From the human T2T-CHM13v2.0 reference genome, Homo sapiens: a stretch of DNA of 64,000 bases. The stretch lies in NCBI RefSeq assembly GCF_009914755.1, contig NC_060938.1; one strand, written 5' to 3'. Below, piece by piece: positions 15,946-28,812 of the stretch. Both the position numbers and the translations under genes were made by a program. How positions within the stretch are numbered: the first letter of the stretch is position 1; each line of letters opens with the position of its first letter. The notes below the pieces were generated by a model that searched no databases, was not told the DNA's origin, and saw nothing but the letters and a program-made list of their open reading frames with translations.

Positions 15946-17179
15946 GTTAATTCTTGATGGTTTAGTTTCAAAATAGGCTTGTGAGCTCCTGTGCTGAGGT
16001 GGAAGGAGTGCTATGGGTGGGTGAGGAGGGCACGGGTACCCTGGGTCTCTGAGATAACACCAAGAGCCTGTTGCCCCCAGCAGCTGCCTGCTGTGCTAGC
16101 CCAATGCCGGGAAGAGGAGTGTAGGGAGTGAGGACAGGGGACCAAGAGTCAGCTCTTGCCACCCCCAGGACGGTCCTTAGAGGAGCTGAGTTGTAGAAAA
16201 ACAAAGTCATGTATCCGGCACCTGAGGCTCTGCTCGAGACTGGTCCTGTTTGCTGGGCCCCAGCACTCCTCACCATGGAGTGTGACCACGGTAGTTTTAG
16301 CCTGGAAATATCAGCAGGATGGGAGTGGCCCAGCACCTACACGGACCATAAAATTATTTCCATAAAGCAGCCACAGAACACCTCTCTGGGAACACCACGA
16401 GGGCCTGTGAGCCCTCCAAGATCAACACAGCCCCCCGCACCCGCCAAGGCCCCAAACAAGGAGGGCTGCTGTTGAGGCCAGACGGGGCAGCCGTTCGGAG
16501 CTGTGCGTGTCTACCTGGAACAAGGCCTGCAGTCTCAGCCTGTCCATCTGCAGCCTTGTCTCCTGGGGCTGGTCAGTAGCAGGACCAGGTGTCGGGGAGG
16601 GGTTGATAAAGGCCGTCTGTCTGTCTGTTTCGGCCCGTGTTGACCATGGCTGGACTTCAGTAGTGCCCGAATAAGGGATCTGGTCTCGAATACTCTTGAG
16701 TCTCCCTCAAGGGTGGGGCCTGCACAGTCTATGCTCCTTCCCAGAACCCTCCTTGCCTGCGTCTCTCGACAGCTGGGCACAGAAGGCAGTACGCTGCCCA
16801 GTTTATGGATGAGGAGTCTGGGCTTAGAGGCCAAGACTGAGGCAGCAGTACCCGTGATCTGAATCCTGGATCTCCAGACCCAGCCCAGCTCCCGGCCCTC
16901 CCCAGCTCGGTTCCTGAACTCGGGGAACCTGTTTGCTTACTTCTGGGTTGATTTCTATCAGTGTCACCACTGCACAAAGAGGACAGGGCAGACCAGGATG
17001 GAGGAACAGGCGACTAAGGCTGTGGAGGGGTGGATGCCAGCTCCTGAAGACCACAGGCCACCTGACCTCTTAGGCGGGTGGGTGTGTGGTGAGAATCGGC
17101 TGTCTTTCTCCTGGCAGCATGACTTGAAAGGGAGATGTCGATGCAGGAATAACTCCCCTGCAGCTGTGGGTTTTAGTCT

Positions 17180-17370
17180 GGGCTCCCCACTGGACTAGCC
17201 TGCGTACCCTTGGGCAAAGTCCTTAACCCCTCTGAGCCTTTTGCCTTTGGACAAATGGGGACGAGTCTATAAGGTGGAGTGGTTGTGAGATAAAATATGG
17301 TAATACAGGTACAGTCCACAGCACAGTGCCTGGCGCAAGGTTCAGGTGTGCAATAAATGTTCACTGCTGC
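17180..17370 (+). mobile_element. MIR
   Basis: ccttgggcaaagtccttaacccctctgagcct...cacagtgcctggc. Confidence 0.7.
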
Positions 17371-18202
17371 TGGTGGAGGTGGCAGCCACTGTCAACATCG
17401 AGGGTGTGAGTCTGGTGCTGGGTTGACAAAGGGCGGAAAGGATTCTGTGTGGCTCACCAAGAGGAGAAGTAGGACCCTCAACAGTTTTCCAGAGCCAGAC
17501 CTCACCAGAGAGAAGGGACAGGATGTGGAGTGGGCACTGTGAATCCCAGTGGGGGCCCTGACATTGCGGCTCCTGTCCCATGTGGGTGCCCCCTCCAGTC
17601 ACCCTCTTCTGATGGCATCTGGTGGGTATTGAGCCACCTGAGCTGGTCCAAGGGACAATGGGAGCAGGAGTGGCGAGCACATGTCCACCCTGGAGCCCAG
17701 ATGTGAGACAGGTGGAGGGCAGGTGGTGCCAACTAGAGGCAGAGCCAGTCTTGGTCCAAGTGAGTGAATCCAACCCACGTGAGCACTGACCCGGCTGAGG
17801 AGCTAAAAATTCCAAAGTGGACTGGAGATGCAGAGGGCTGGCTGGGTGTGGTGATGGAGGTACTTGGTCTGGATGGATTTCAGGGGTCCGGGCCAATGTC
17901 CGTGGCAGGGCTTTCCTCACCACAGGGTGAAGCCACACGGTTGGGTCGAGTCTGTTTAAAAAGGCGAGGTGGGGACCTCAGGGAGCTGGAGGTACATAAC
18001 AGTTTCCTGCCAGTCCCTGGCTCTCAGATGCCCACACAGTTCCTGGCACCTATACCAGGGTAGGGAAGGAGGAGGTTTTGAAATAGCATTCGCAGGGCTG
18101 ATTGGGGTGTGGCTACCCTGGCCTTCTGGAATGCCCCCAGCTACTACAGAGTCTCTGGGAAACAGACTCAGTGACAGAATCTCTTTCTTCTTATACAAAA
18201 TG

Positions 18203-18423
18203 GACCAGCTTGGACAACAAAGAGAGACCCCATCTCTACAAAAAACGAAAACCTTAGTGGGCGTGGTGGTGCTTGCCTGTGGTCCCAGCTCCTCCAGAGC
18301 CTGAGGCTTGGGGGTCACTCAAGCCCAGGAAGTTGAGGCTGCAGTGAGCCTTCGTCATGCCACTGCACTCCAGCCTAGGTGACAGAGCGAGACTGTTTTA
18401 AAACAAAGCCAAACCAAACAAAA
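18203..18423 (+). mobile_element. 5'-truncated AluJ
   Basis: Right monomer gaggctgcagtgagcc...gcactccagcctaggtgacagagcgagac. Confidence 0.8.
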
Positions 18424-18760
18424 TGGGGACCAAGAGAGGACCTGGCACATGGCGGGCACCCAGTCCGAGCCGGATCCCTCCCTCCTTCCTGGGAAGTGAG
18501 GACAACCCACTGCTATGCCCGCTAATAGAGGGTTACGGGCATCGACTAGTGCAGAGGCTTTATTAGCGGTCAAGTGCTATTAATAAATAAATCCCTAAAT
18601 CATTTTATAAGCTACAAGTGCTTGAAGAAAAATAAAGCGGGAATGGGGATAGGGATACAGGGATGGGCTGGCGGGAGGGGAGGGCAGTAGAAGACCTCGC
18701 TGAGAAGGTGAATTTGACCAAGACCTGAAGGAGGTGAAGGAGTGAGCCCCGGGCCACTGG

Positions 18761-19062
18761 AGAGGACTGAGCAGGCTGTGCACCGGGCTCGGGGCTGCAG
18801 CAAGGGGGCCAGAGGACTGAGCAGGCTGTGCACCGGGCTCGGGGCTGCAGCAAGGGGGCCAGAGGACTGAGCAGGCTGTGCACTGGGCTCGGGGCTGCAG
18901 CAAGGGGGCCAGAGGACTGAGCAGGCTGTACACCGGGCTCGGGGCTGCAGCAAGGGGGCCAGAGGACTGAGCAGGCTGTGCACCGGGCTCGGGCCAGCAG
19001 CAAGGGGGCTAGAGGACTGAGCAGGCTGTGCACCGGGCTCGGGGCTGCAGCAAGGGGGCCAG
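18761..19062. repeat. Minisatellite, 50-bp unit x 6
   Basis: AGAGGACTGAGCAGGCTGTGCACCGGGCTCGGGGCTGCAGCAAGGGGGCC at 50-bp period. Confidence 0.95.
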
Positions 19063-19744
19063 TGTGGCTACTAGGGAGGCACCAGAGAGTGAGCGACGAG
19101 AGAAGGGGCGTCAGGCAACAGCCAGGGGCTCGGGGGCAAGATAAGGAAGAGGGAGGCTCCATGGCAAAGGCCCCATGGTGAGGCGTGAGGTGGCCTGGCT
19201 TGGAAAGGCTTGCCCTGCACAGGAGAAGCAGGGCGGCCAGCTGCGAGATGGTCGCCACGATCCAGGCTAGAGCAGCTGTGGGCCTCGAGGGTGGTGGCAT
19301 GGAGAGACAAAGTGGTGGGATTCCAAACACGTTTTGAAGATAAAATCAGCAAGTCCTGCGGGAGAAGGAGAGTGCTCCGGAGGCCTCCAGGGTTTCTGGC
19401 CTGAGCCACGGATGCACTGAGGGGGATGCTCTCCTCCTGGGCCTGTGAAGGTGATGGGGCTTGGGGGAGCAGGGTGTGGAGACACAGTGTCAGTAGGGAC
19501 CGGGGCCCAGGTGACCTCCAGCTTTGGGGGCAACAGCAGCTCTCACGGCTGCAGTCGGCGTGTCCCCCCACCTCCAAACCACGAGGCACTGTCAGGCTTG
19601 GGGAAGGAGAGCTGCTTCCGGGCCAGAAGTAAAAGAGGGCAGGGTCGACTTTCGGGCACACAGAGGGCGGCTGGGTCCCGGGGAGCACTTAAGAAATGTT
19701 GGCGAATGAAGCTTGAGACAGTTTCCTGTCTCCATAGATGCGTG

Positions 19745-20212
19745 TGTGCACACACTGATACACACACGGACACACACTCTCTCACACCCTCACACACTGA
19801 CACACACTCACACCCTCACACACACGCACTCTCACACCCTCACACACTCACTGACACACACACCGACACACCTACACTCTCACACCCTCACACACTCACT
19901 GACACACACACTGACACACCTACACTCTCACACCCTCACACACTGACACACACATTCACACCCTCACACACACAATGACACACACCCTCATACAGTCAGT
20001 CACTGTCACACATAACCTCAGACACAGTCACTGACACACACACTCACACCCTCATGTACACACTCGCACAATGACATACACTCACACTCATACACACAGT
20101 CACTGACACACGCACACTCTCATACACACACTGACACACTGACACACTGACACACACCCTCATACACACTCACTGACACACACACACAGACACTGACTCT
20201 TATACACTCACA
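19745..20212. repeat. Degenerate (CA)n-rich simple repeat
   Basis: cacacact/ctcacaccct units. Confidence 0.9.
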
Positions 20213-20399
20213 TCTGGATCATAAATATACCCATATTCATGAGTTTATTGGCAACTTGTGTTTTTCTCTTTATACTTGTCTCTAAGTTTTCTAAAATAAA
20301 TACATATTACTTATGTTTAACAAACAAAATCCCTTTTTTCTGTTGTAAGATTTCTATTATCTTAGAAACAGAGATTCTACTTTTAAAAAACTGTTGAAG

Positions 20400-20689
20400 G
20401 GCCAGGTGCAGTGGCTCACGCCTGTAGTCCCAGCACTTTGGGAGGCCGAGGCGGGCGGATCACAAGGTCAGGAGATCGAGACCATCCTGGCTAACACAGT
20501 GAAACCCAGTCTCTACTAAAAATACAAAAAATTAGCCAGGCGTGGTGGTGGGCGCCTGTAGTCCTAGCTACTCAGGAGGCTGAGGCAGGAGGATGGTATG
20601 AACCCGGGAGGCGGAGCTTGCAGTGAGCCGAGATTGTGCCGCTGCACTCTAGCATGGGCGACACAGCGAGACGCCGTCTCAAAAAAAAA
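20400..20689 (+). mobile_element. AluY
   Basis: gagatcgagaccatcctggctaacac, ggagcttgcagtgagc; TSD aaaaaactgttgaa. Confidence 0.92.
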
Positions 20690-21759
20690 CTGTTGAAAAG
20701 CGATTAACCTGAAATAAGGGAAAATCGTTAGACAACAATGACACCATGACAGACCTGCTTCTCCTAATCAAAAGTAAAATTTTAAATCCTAAATATCCCA
20801 AGTAAAAGATTAGCAGCCAGCTGTGGTACCAACCACTCCACGAACTGTTATGCAGCCATTTATACTTTGTCTCTTCTGAATTTAGATAAACATAGGGAAT
20901 GTCTCCTGTATAAGAACCAACAAGAAACAAGATCACAGAGACAGCATGATCTCTGGCATGTAAAACAAAACTGAAGGGAAATGAACAGAAAAAAGACTGG
21001 AAGGAAATACCTCCATGTCAATGTTTCCTATGCAGAGGAACGATGGATGATTTATTATTTGGATTTTTCAGCCTCCCCTACATTTTCTTTAAATAACATC
21101 TATTGTTTTCAGAAAGAAAAACAACTCCATTTACCTTTCATTTTTAAAAATTCTACCCGGCCTTAAAATCCCACTTGAAAGACCAGCAGCTTGGCGGGGT
21201 GTCTTCACCCCCTGCTCAGGGGCACCCCTTAGCCAGCAGGCGTTGCTCACCGCCCTCAAGGGGCTTTGGGTTCAGATGGGCAGCCAGGGGAAGCGAATGC
21301 GATACCACCCTGGGCTTCCTCTGACGGCCATGGACCTGCTGGGCATAGACAGGAGGTGGGAGGGGCAGAGTTGGCCTCACCTGGCCCTCCAGGTGAGGGC
21401 TGGCGTCAGTTACCGGCCAAGGCCTCTGGGTGGCTCCTGCTGCCCTTGGCTGGGACACCACCCCTCTCCTGCCCCACACCCTCCCTGCTCCTTCTCAAAT
21501 GTCCGCCTTCCTGGCAGCTGAGGGCCAGCGAGCAACTGGGCCAGGAGGGCCTGGAAACGCCTCTTCTCCTCATTCTACTCAAGATGGCTCTGGGGACAGA
21601 AAAGGACCCCTCTGTGCCCCAAATGTTGGGAACAAGGGCAGTGCTGGTAATAGGCTCACATTTGCACAAGGCGGGTCAAAGTTCCGGGCCGTGTGTCACC
21701 TGGGGGCTGGGCCAAAGGGGGCGCATCTTGCTGTGACATGGTGAAGGTGGGCAGGGTAG

Positions 21760-22900
21760 ACCCGACGCTGAGGTAGGGGAGCGGGGCAGCGGGCTCCTCC
21801 TTCCTCACGTCCTATACTGTGCGGCGGCCCCTGACTTGGCCCCCTCTCCCTGGCTCTGTACTCCCAAACGTCACGTTGCGCCCCTCCCGTGCGCCCTCCA
21901 GCCAGGGTGGCCCGGCCTTGGCCGTTATGACGCCAGGGGAGCCGTTTGGCCGGCTCGGCCTCGGGTGATGGGAAGTTTCACTGCCCGGCCCTGTGGCCTG
22001 CGTTCTGTCTAACGCAGCTGTCTGTGCAGCTCCCGGGAGGGGTGAGAACAGCCAGCCACCTGGCTGAACTTGCTGGGAACCGACGTCAGGAGCAGGAGCT
22101 AGGCTGCAGTGGGCCTCACGGGGGCCTGGACGGGGAGAGCGGCTCCGTGGGCTCTGGGGCCTTCCCTCTCCACGCAATTGCGATCCCAGTGATGGGTGGG
22201 ACAGAGATCCCCGTTGTCCCTGTCACCGCTCCCGCCTCCACTTGCCGGGCCTGAGGACAATTGAGGGGCTCTGCGAGCCCTGGGCGCCCCCCCAGCCCAA
22301 CCCTCCTCCCTGGGGCCCCGCCGGCCCCCAGGCCTCCCCTGGCCTGGCCTTCCTTGCTGAGGGGGCGGGCCAGCGGGAGGAAGTCATCCGCTGTATTGTC
22401 GTCTTAATGCCTGTGCGATGAGGTGTGAAATTCTATGTTCCCAAAATTTGTTATCAGCCTCGCTCCTGTCCTCCGGAGCGGGCTGTGCGGAGGCAGCCGG
22501 GAGAACAGTCGGCTCCGAGGACAAGAGTGATGGGAGCGCCCCGGCCCCGCGGAATCCATCATTCCGGAGGGAACCTTCGGCAGGCTTCATTAGGCTCGAA
22601 ACGATCATGAATATCCTCCCCTCACCTGTTCTCATTAATAATGGCTCCCCTCTTATCTTTTTTTTGCCACACGTATCATTCTTTTAAGAAACATACACAA
22701 CCCAGGGAGAAAGCCCGGCGCCTGCCCGGGAGCCCAGCCGCAGCCTCTGCGTCCCGCCCCTCCTCCCCAACGCGCGCCCGCAGGGGGCGCGGCGGGCTCG
22801 CCACGGAGAGCGGGAGCTGGGGCCGCGCAGGGCGGGAGTCCTGCCCCTGGGTGGGGGGGACATGGGGCTGGGACTGCGGGCCGGGTAGACCACCAGGTGG
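21760..22900. promoter_or_regulatory. Orphan CpG island ~17 kb upstream of DLK1 with CTCF-like motif
   Basis: CpG-dense, non-repetitive; CCCGCAGGGGGCGC at 22777-22790. Confidence 0.6.
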
Positions 22901-23026
22901 GCAAAGTCAAGCCTTCTGGAACCTTCCAGCCCCGCGAAGCCTCCCCGATCCCCTCTGGCTGTGCTTTCCCCTGAGACAAATGCTGGCCTTCTCTAACCGT
23001 TTGCCTGTTTCGGTTCGTTTTATAAT

Positions 23027-23364
<338 letters not shown>

Positions 23365-26224
23365 TAAAAGTGGTTTCAATTATAAAATAGATGGCCCTCT
23401 CTTTTGAAGTGCAAAGCAGGTAGTCCTCCCGTTGGGGTTCCCCAGCCACTCCCAAAGCCCAGCGCCAGTCAGTTTCTCCTGTGATCCCCGGAAGCGTCTA
23501 GGCATGTGCAAACAGATCAATAGGAAAGGGGATCTTGTATATATTCTTTTTCACTTTACATACATGAGTTCGTTTTACACACACTGTTCTGCAACTCCTT
23601 TTTGTTAACCTCACGATGTAGGAGATATTCCAAGCGTAATTTTCCCTGTTTTATACAAGAGCCTAGGGGAGTGAGGCTTTGGGGAGCTTCTCCTCCTGGC
23701 TTCTCCTCATGGCTTTCTTCCTCCTGCCCCTCCTCCACGTCCCCAGCCCCCCATTTCTGCCTTCCTTGCTGCTCCACTTGGCCTAGCCATGACCTCTGTG
23801 TGGTCGTCACTGTCTTGTGTTCTTGCTTCTGTCGTGGCCGCCAGAGTGACCGCACTGCAGCTTTTTAAAGCTCTGACCTTGTCTTTCGTCTTCTCAGAGC
23901 CTGTCTGAGGCTCCCCAAAGACATTGCCCAGCGGCCTGGCATTCAGGACCCCAGCTGGGCAGCCCTGCCGACCTTCGGCCTCCTCAGGGACAGCTGCTCC
24001 CCTCACTCTGCCGGGCCTTGGACTCGTCTCCCAGAATAGCCAGGCACACTGGCGCCCTAACCTTCCCTGGCTCAAGCTTGTCCTACTGCCGGGAAGGCCT
24101 CCCCCTCCCCTGCATTTGGCAAACTCATGTGTACCCTTCAAGGCCCATCCCCAAGGTCACCTCCACTGGGAAGCCTTCCAAGGGCTCTCAGGCCCTGCCT
24201 GGTTCGCCTTAGCACTCCTGCAGCTCGGCTGGAAGGAGAGGCCCCCTGGGACCTGCCTGGGCTCTGTCCGGCTCTGGGCAGCTGTGCTTGGACCTGGGGC
24301 TTTTGGTCAGATGTGCTGTCCCGTCCTTCCTCCTGTGCCTGCTAGCTTCCACCGGGCACTTACTAGGGCCTGGTGGACCTAGGAAGCTGGTCCTATATAA
24401 TTCCCATGCTACAGGCACCACTCCGAAGCTCAGAGAGGCGTAGGCAGTGTGCCCTGGGCCCACAGGCCATCTGTCCGTCTGCTCTTCCACATTAGCCTCC
24501 TTTCACTAAATCCCAGCTTCCTCCAGCAGCAAGAAGCCTGCTCGCTCCCCAGGGGCAGTACTGAAGGAAGGCATGCCTGCCTGAAATCTGTCCTCAAGGT
24601 CCCAGGCCGGCTGGGGCCCCAGGGAGAAGTCTCGGGTTTGGTAATCGTGTTCCGGCCTTGAGCTGCCGCTCTTCCTGTGAGCGTGCCAAGGGGCCTCTGC
24701 CTTCCTGAGGAGAAAGAGGTGGCCTGGACCTCTCGGTACCCAGACGGCCCTGGAGGACAGGCTTGTGTTTTGACAAGTGACAGGGCTGAGGAAGCTCCTT
24801 GGGTAGAGGGAACAATAGGAACTGAGGCCTCGAGGCCTAGAGGGGAGTGGGAAATTGGGAAGTGATCAGCCCCAGAGGCAGGAGGGCTCTGAGACTGAGA
24901 GAGCACATGGAGAGGGGACGGAGGTCCTCACTGCAGGACGCTTGGCTTGGGCAGACAGGGAGTGGGCATATGTGACCCAGGTGTTAGAACTGGGTTGTGG
25001 GAGGGGAGCAGGCACCAGGATCCAGGCCGCCTTTAGGTTTGTGATAATCACCTCCAGAGCCAGAGGGGGAAACCGAGGCCTGGGCGGGAGGGAGGTGCAG
25101 TGATGTCCCCAGCAGTGGGCCGGAGCATCTGGGTGTCCCACAGGCCTGCTCCCCGCTGGCCCATGGGTTCCCGGTGGGCTGTCCCCAGACTTCGTCCCCT
25201 GCCTCAGGGCCACAGAGGCAATGTGCCGGTAGGCAACAGCATCTGGGCCCTCCAGGGCCCTCGTGTCACTTGTTCCGCAGTCGTGGTCTCCAGACTTGCT
25301 AATTAGTTGGTAACTACACACCCCGAAAAATGTGCCTGTCTCGATGACACGGTCCGCCCTCCAGCACTCCGTGTTGCCTCTTTCCCGGCAAAGCTGGGGG
25401 AAGAAAAAACCAGCGGCCTCCCTTTTCTGGAGGAAGAGTCACCTGCAGGTGTTTTTACAAAGTCGGGGCCAGAGACCATAGGAATAAATGCCATGATTCA
25501 TGTTTGCAAACCCCTCCTGCCAGCTTCTGTCTTGACAAGCCAGGAGGGCTGGGGAGGAGGCAGGCAGAGGTGGAACCTGGGAATGCCGCCAAGGGCTTGC
25601 TTCGAGGCAGTGTTCCCTATCACAGGTAGAACCGTGCAGGCCTCAGGACAATTGGGTGGAGGGGGAGGGGCTCCGGATAGCCACAGGTGGTCCAACTGGC
25701 CACTCATCGCCTGGCCACCCCCAAGTAGGTGGTCTGGGTCCCCAGGGCCACCCAGCAGGGAGGCACCTCCACCCTTGAGAGAGGCTTGGTGACCTTAAAG
25801 GCCAGCGGGAACGTTCTTAATTCTTGTAATAACCACGACTGGGACAAATGGTGATAACCGAGGTGTCGCTGCTCTGCTCCCAGGCTCTCCTTCCAGCCCC
25901 AGCTCACCACGGCCATGCCAGAGCTCTGAGGGGGTTCTTCTCAGGGCAAGAGTCCTTAACCCCATCTTACAAATGTGCTCACCGCAGTCGGGAGAAGTTC
26001 AAGACACCCCTTCAATCAAAGGCACCAGCCAGGTGGCGTGGGCAGGACTGGGTACTGGGTTTCCCACCGCTGACTTGGACTGAGGCTTGGCATGGGGGTC
26101 GGTGGGACAGGGAGTAGGTATTTTTAGGGTTGGGGGATCTCTGAGGTCACATGTAAAGGATAATCATCTCCTCTGGTTTCTGGCAAAACCCAACCCTGTC
26201 CAAGGAGGTCTGCCCACCTCCCCT

Positions 26225-26226
<2 letters not shown>

Positions 26227-26272
<46 letters not shown>
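26227..26272. repeat. (TG)23 microsatellite
   Basis: Perfect TG run. Confidence 0.95.
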
Positions 26273-26273
<1 letters not shown>

Positions 26274-28679
26274 AGTCTCTCTGATATTTATTAAGCATCT
26301 ACTGCTTGCCCTGTGGAATACTCTGCAGCTCCTCCCCCACAGACTCCTGCTGAGGAGAGGAGCACTCATCCTCGGGAGCACCCAGCCGCCTCCAGGGACC
26401 CTCCCAGGGCAGAGGCAGGAGGAACAGTGCAGGTCCAGGAGGGGCTGGATGGAGCCTGGGGGGTTGCGGAGAAGTGAGGGCAGAAGGCAGGCCTGGGGCA
26501 TGATTTTCTCACGACCTTCTCCCGGATGAGGAGCCGATGGAGAGGTTCATGCTGGGGCTCCGAAGGGGGACCAAGATCATGGAGTAAAGACAGCACTGAT
26601 GGGGAGACGGAGGGAGATGCAGAGGGAGAGCCTGCTGACCCCTCCCAGGGCCCCGGATGAATGGCCGCAGTGCCCTCGGTACAGGAGCAGGAGAGAGAGA
26701 AAGTGGAGCTGGGCATGTGGAAGCAGGAGAGAGAGGACGGAGCAAGGGACAGGTGGAGATCCAGGCTGAGCAGCTGTCCCTGGGGGTGGGCAGGAAAGGA
26801 CCCTGGCCTGCTCCCAGGCACCACAAGGAGCACAGTGCTGCACATCTGTGAGGGGGACTTCCTGGAGGAGGTGGCAGGGTCTGGGATGGGGCCAGGCTCC
26901 GGGGAGGTGCGTGTGGGGTCCCTGCTGCAGCTCCTCCATGCTGCATCATGGATTCCCTCGTTTCCAGGTCTGGATGCGTTGCTGCGCTTGGCTTGCAGCG
27001 TGGAGCCTGCTAGTGACCCCCGGGGGAAGGGCCCTCCCTCGGGATGGAGCCGGCTTCCCTCTGCAACCACAGAGTGGTGTTTTAATTAGTCAAGTCTTCA
27101 AATCATTGTTTACTGCTCTCCACTCATGAAGGGTTTATTAAAAGCTGGGCCAAGTTAAAAATACTGGCAACAGGGACATGCAGGCCATCGGAGCCGCCGA
27201 AACAGGCGCCCTGAACCACGAGGAAGCCGTGGTGGCTCCTCCCCAGGGAATCCCTGCCCACGTCCTGTCGGTGGCCCAGCTGGCAGACAACCCGTCAGCC
27301 ATGTGGAGGGAGACAGGGTGGCCCCTTGCAGCTGTGCCAGCACTGCTCAGCCTGTGCCGAGCACCAGCGCGTGACCAGGTCTCACACCCCTGGGTATTGA
27401 AAAGGCCTGGCAGGGTGGAGGTGGGGCCCCTCCTCACTCCACTCCACCCCTCCAGGAGCTTCCAGTCCCTGGGAAGCGTGTGTGGTTAGCCACACCCAAT
27501 CACCCAGCCACCAGCCTCAGAAGCCCTTGGGGCCTGACAGCAGCAAGGATCGTGGTGGACGGCTCTGCCTGGCAGGGGTGTTCAGGGAAGCCCTCCAGGA
27601 GGAGGTGGCACTCGGCATGGGGTGGGCTCGCCATTGGTGGACAGGGGAGATGGCATTTCAGGTGAGTCACAGAAAGGTCGCCTAGGCCTTGGAGGCAGGG
27701 AGGTGCCGTCCTTGTCCTTCATGCTACCGTTGTGAGGAGGGTGGTGGAGTCGGGGAGCCCTGTGGGAGGAGCCTTCGGTACCCTGCCTGGAAATGCGCCC
27801 TGCAGACCTGCTGTGCCCGGATCTCCAAGAAGACTCTAGAGTCAACAGGTCCATAGGGAAGGGTGGGCCACAGAGCCCACAGCCACCAGCTGCCACTGCC
27901 TTTCTCAGAAGGAGCCAGGGGGAGGGCTGCTGTGACTCTTGTGGGGGCCCTCAATGTTTGAACAGTGGCAAAAACTGAACTGCGACAAGCATTAGGGCTT
28001 CCAAAGATCAGCTATCATGCACAGCTCTGGGTAAGAGTCCTTTGCTGGGCCTCAGTTTACCCATATGTACAACAATGAGAGAGACAGCTTTCCTACAGCA
28101 CCACTTCCATCCATCCATCATATACTGACTCAACAAACACTCCCTGGACCCTTACTGCATGGCTGGGGCACAGAGGGGAACCCGACATAAGCTGGGGCCT
28201 TCGGAGTCTTCCTTCCACCCTGCACAGCGCAGAGTGTCTCCCTGGCCACTAAGGGCAGAGCCTGATGAATTTGGGGTTCTGAGGAGTAAATAAAATCAAT
28301 GTGAAATCACTTTGAAAGTTTAAAGGCACAATTAAGGCCTGTGCTCCTCCTGTGAGGGCAGTGGTGTCGTCCTACGGCCTGGGCTGCTCAGAGCCTTTCT
28401 CTTTGCTGACGTGCAGGAAGGGGAAGCAGAGTCACAGAGCACCTGCTGTGTCCCAGACGGCTGCAGGCCACCTCACCCACACGGGCGCAGCTAACTCAAT
28501 TTTATGCATACAGATTAGTGGAGGTGTCGGTTCAAATCCTCGTCTCCCTAGCAGACCAGGAACCACAGAGGATGGAGACTGTGTTCTCCTCATTCAATTA
28601 ATCAATTATGCTCTCGCTCAGCATCTGCAGCCTCTCAGGCTGTAAACACCCTAGAGTTGCTCCTATATTTAAATGAAGA

Positions 28680-28812
28680 CACACGCACATGCTCACACTC
28701 ACACACTCACACTCATACACACTGTCACACACACTCATATACACAGACACACTCACCCATATACACACAATCATACACACACACACACACACACACTCTC
28801 TCTCTCTCTCTC
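28680..28812. repeat. (CA)n/(CT)n compound simple repeat
   Basis: Visible directly in sequence. Confidence 0.85.

Noticed and set aside
18595-19330. Repetitive minus-strand ORFs up to 241 aa
   Set aside because: Artefact of the 50-bp VNTR.
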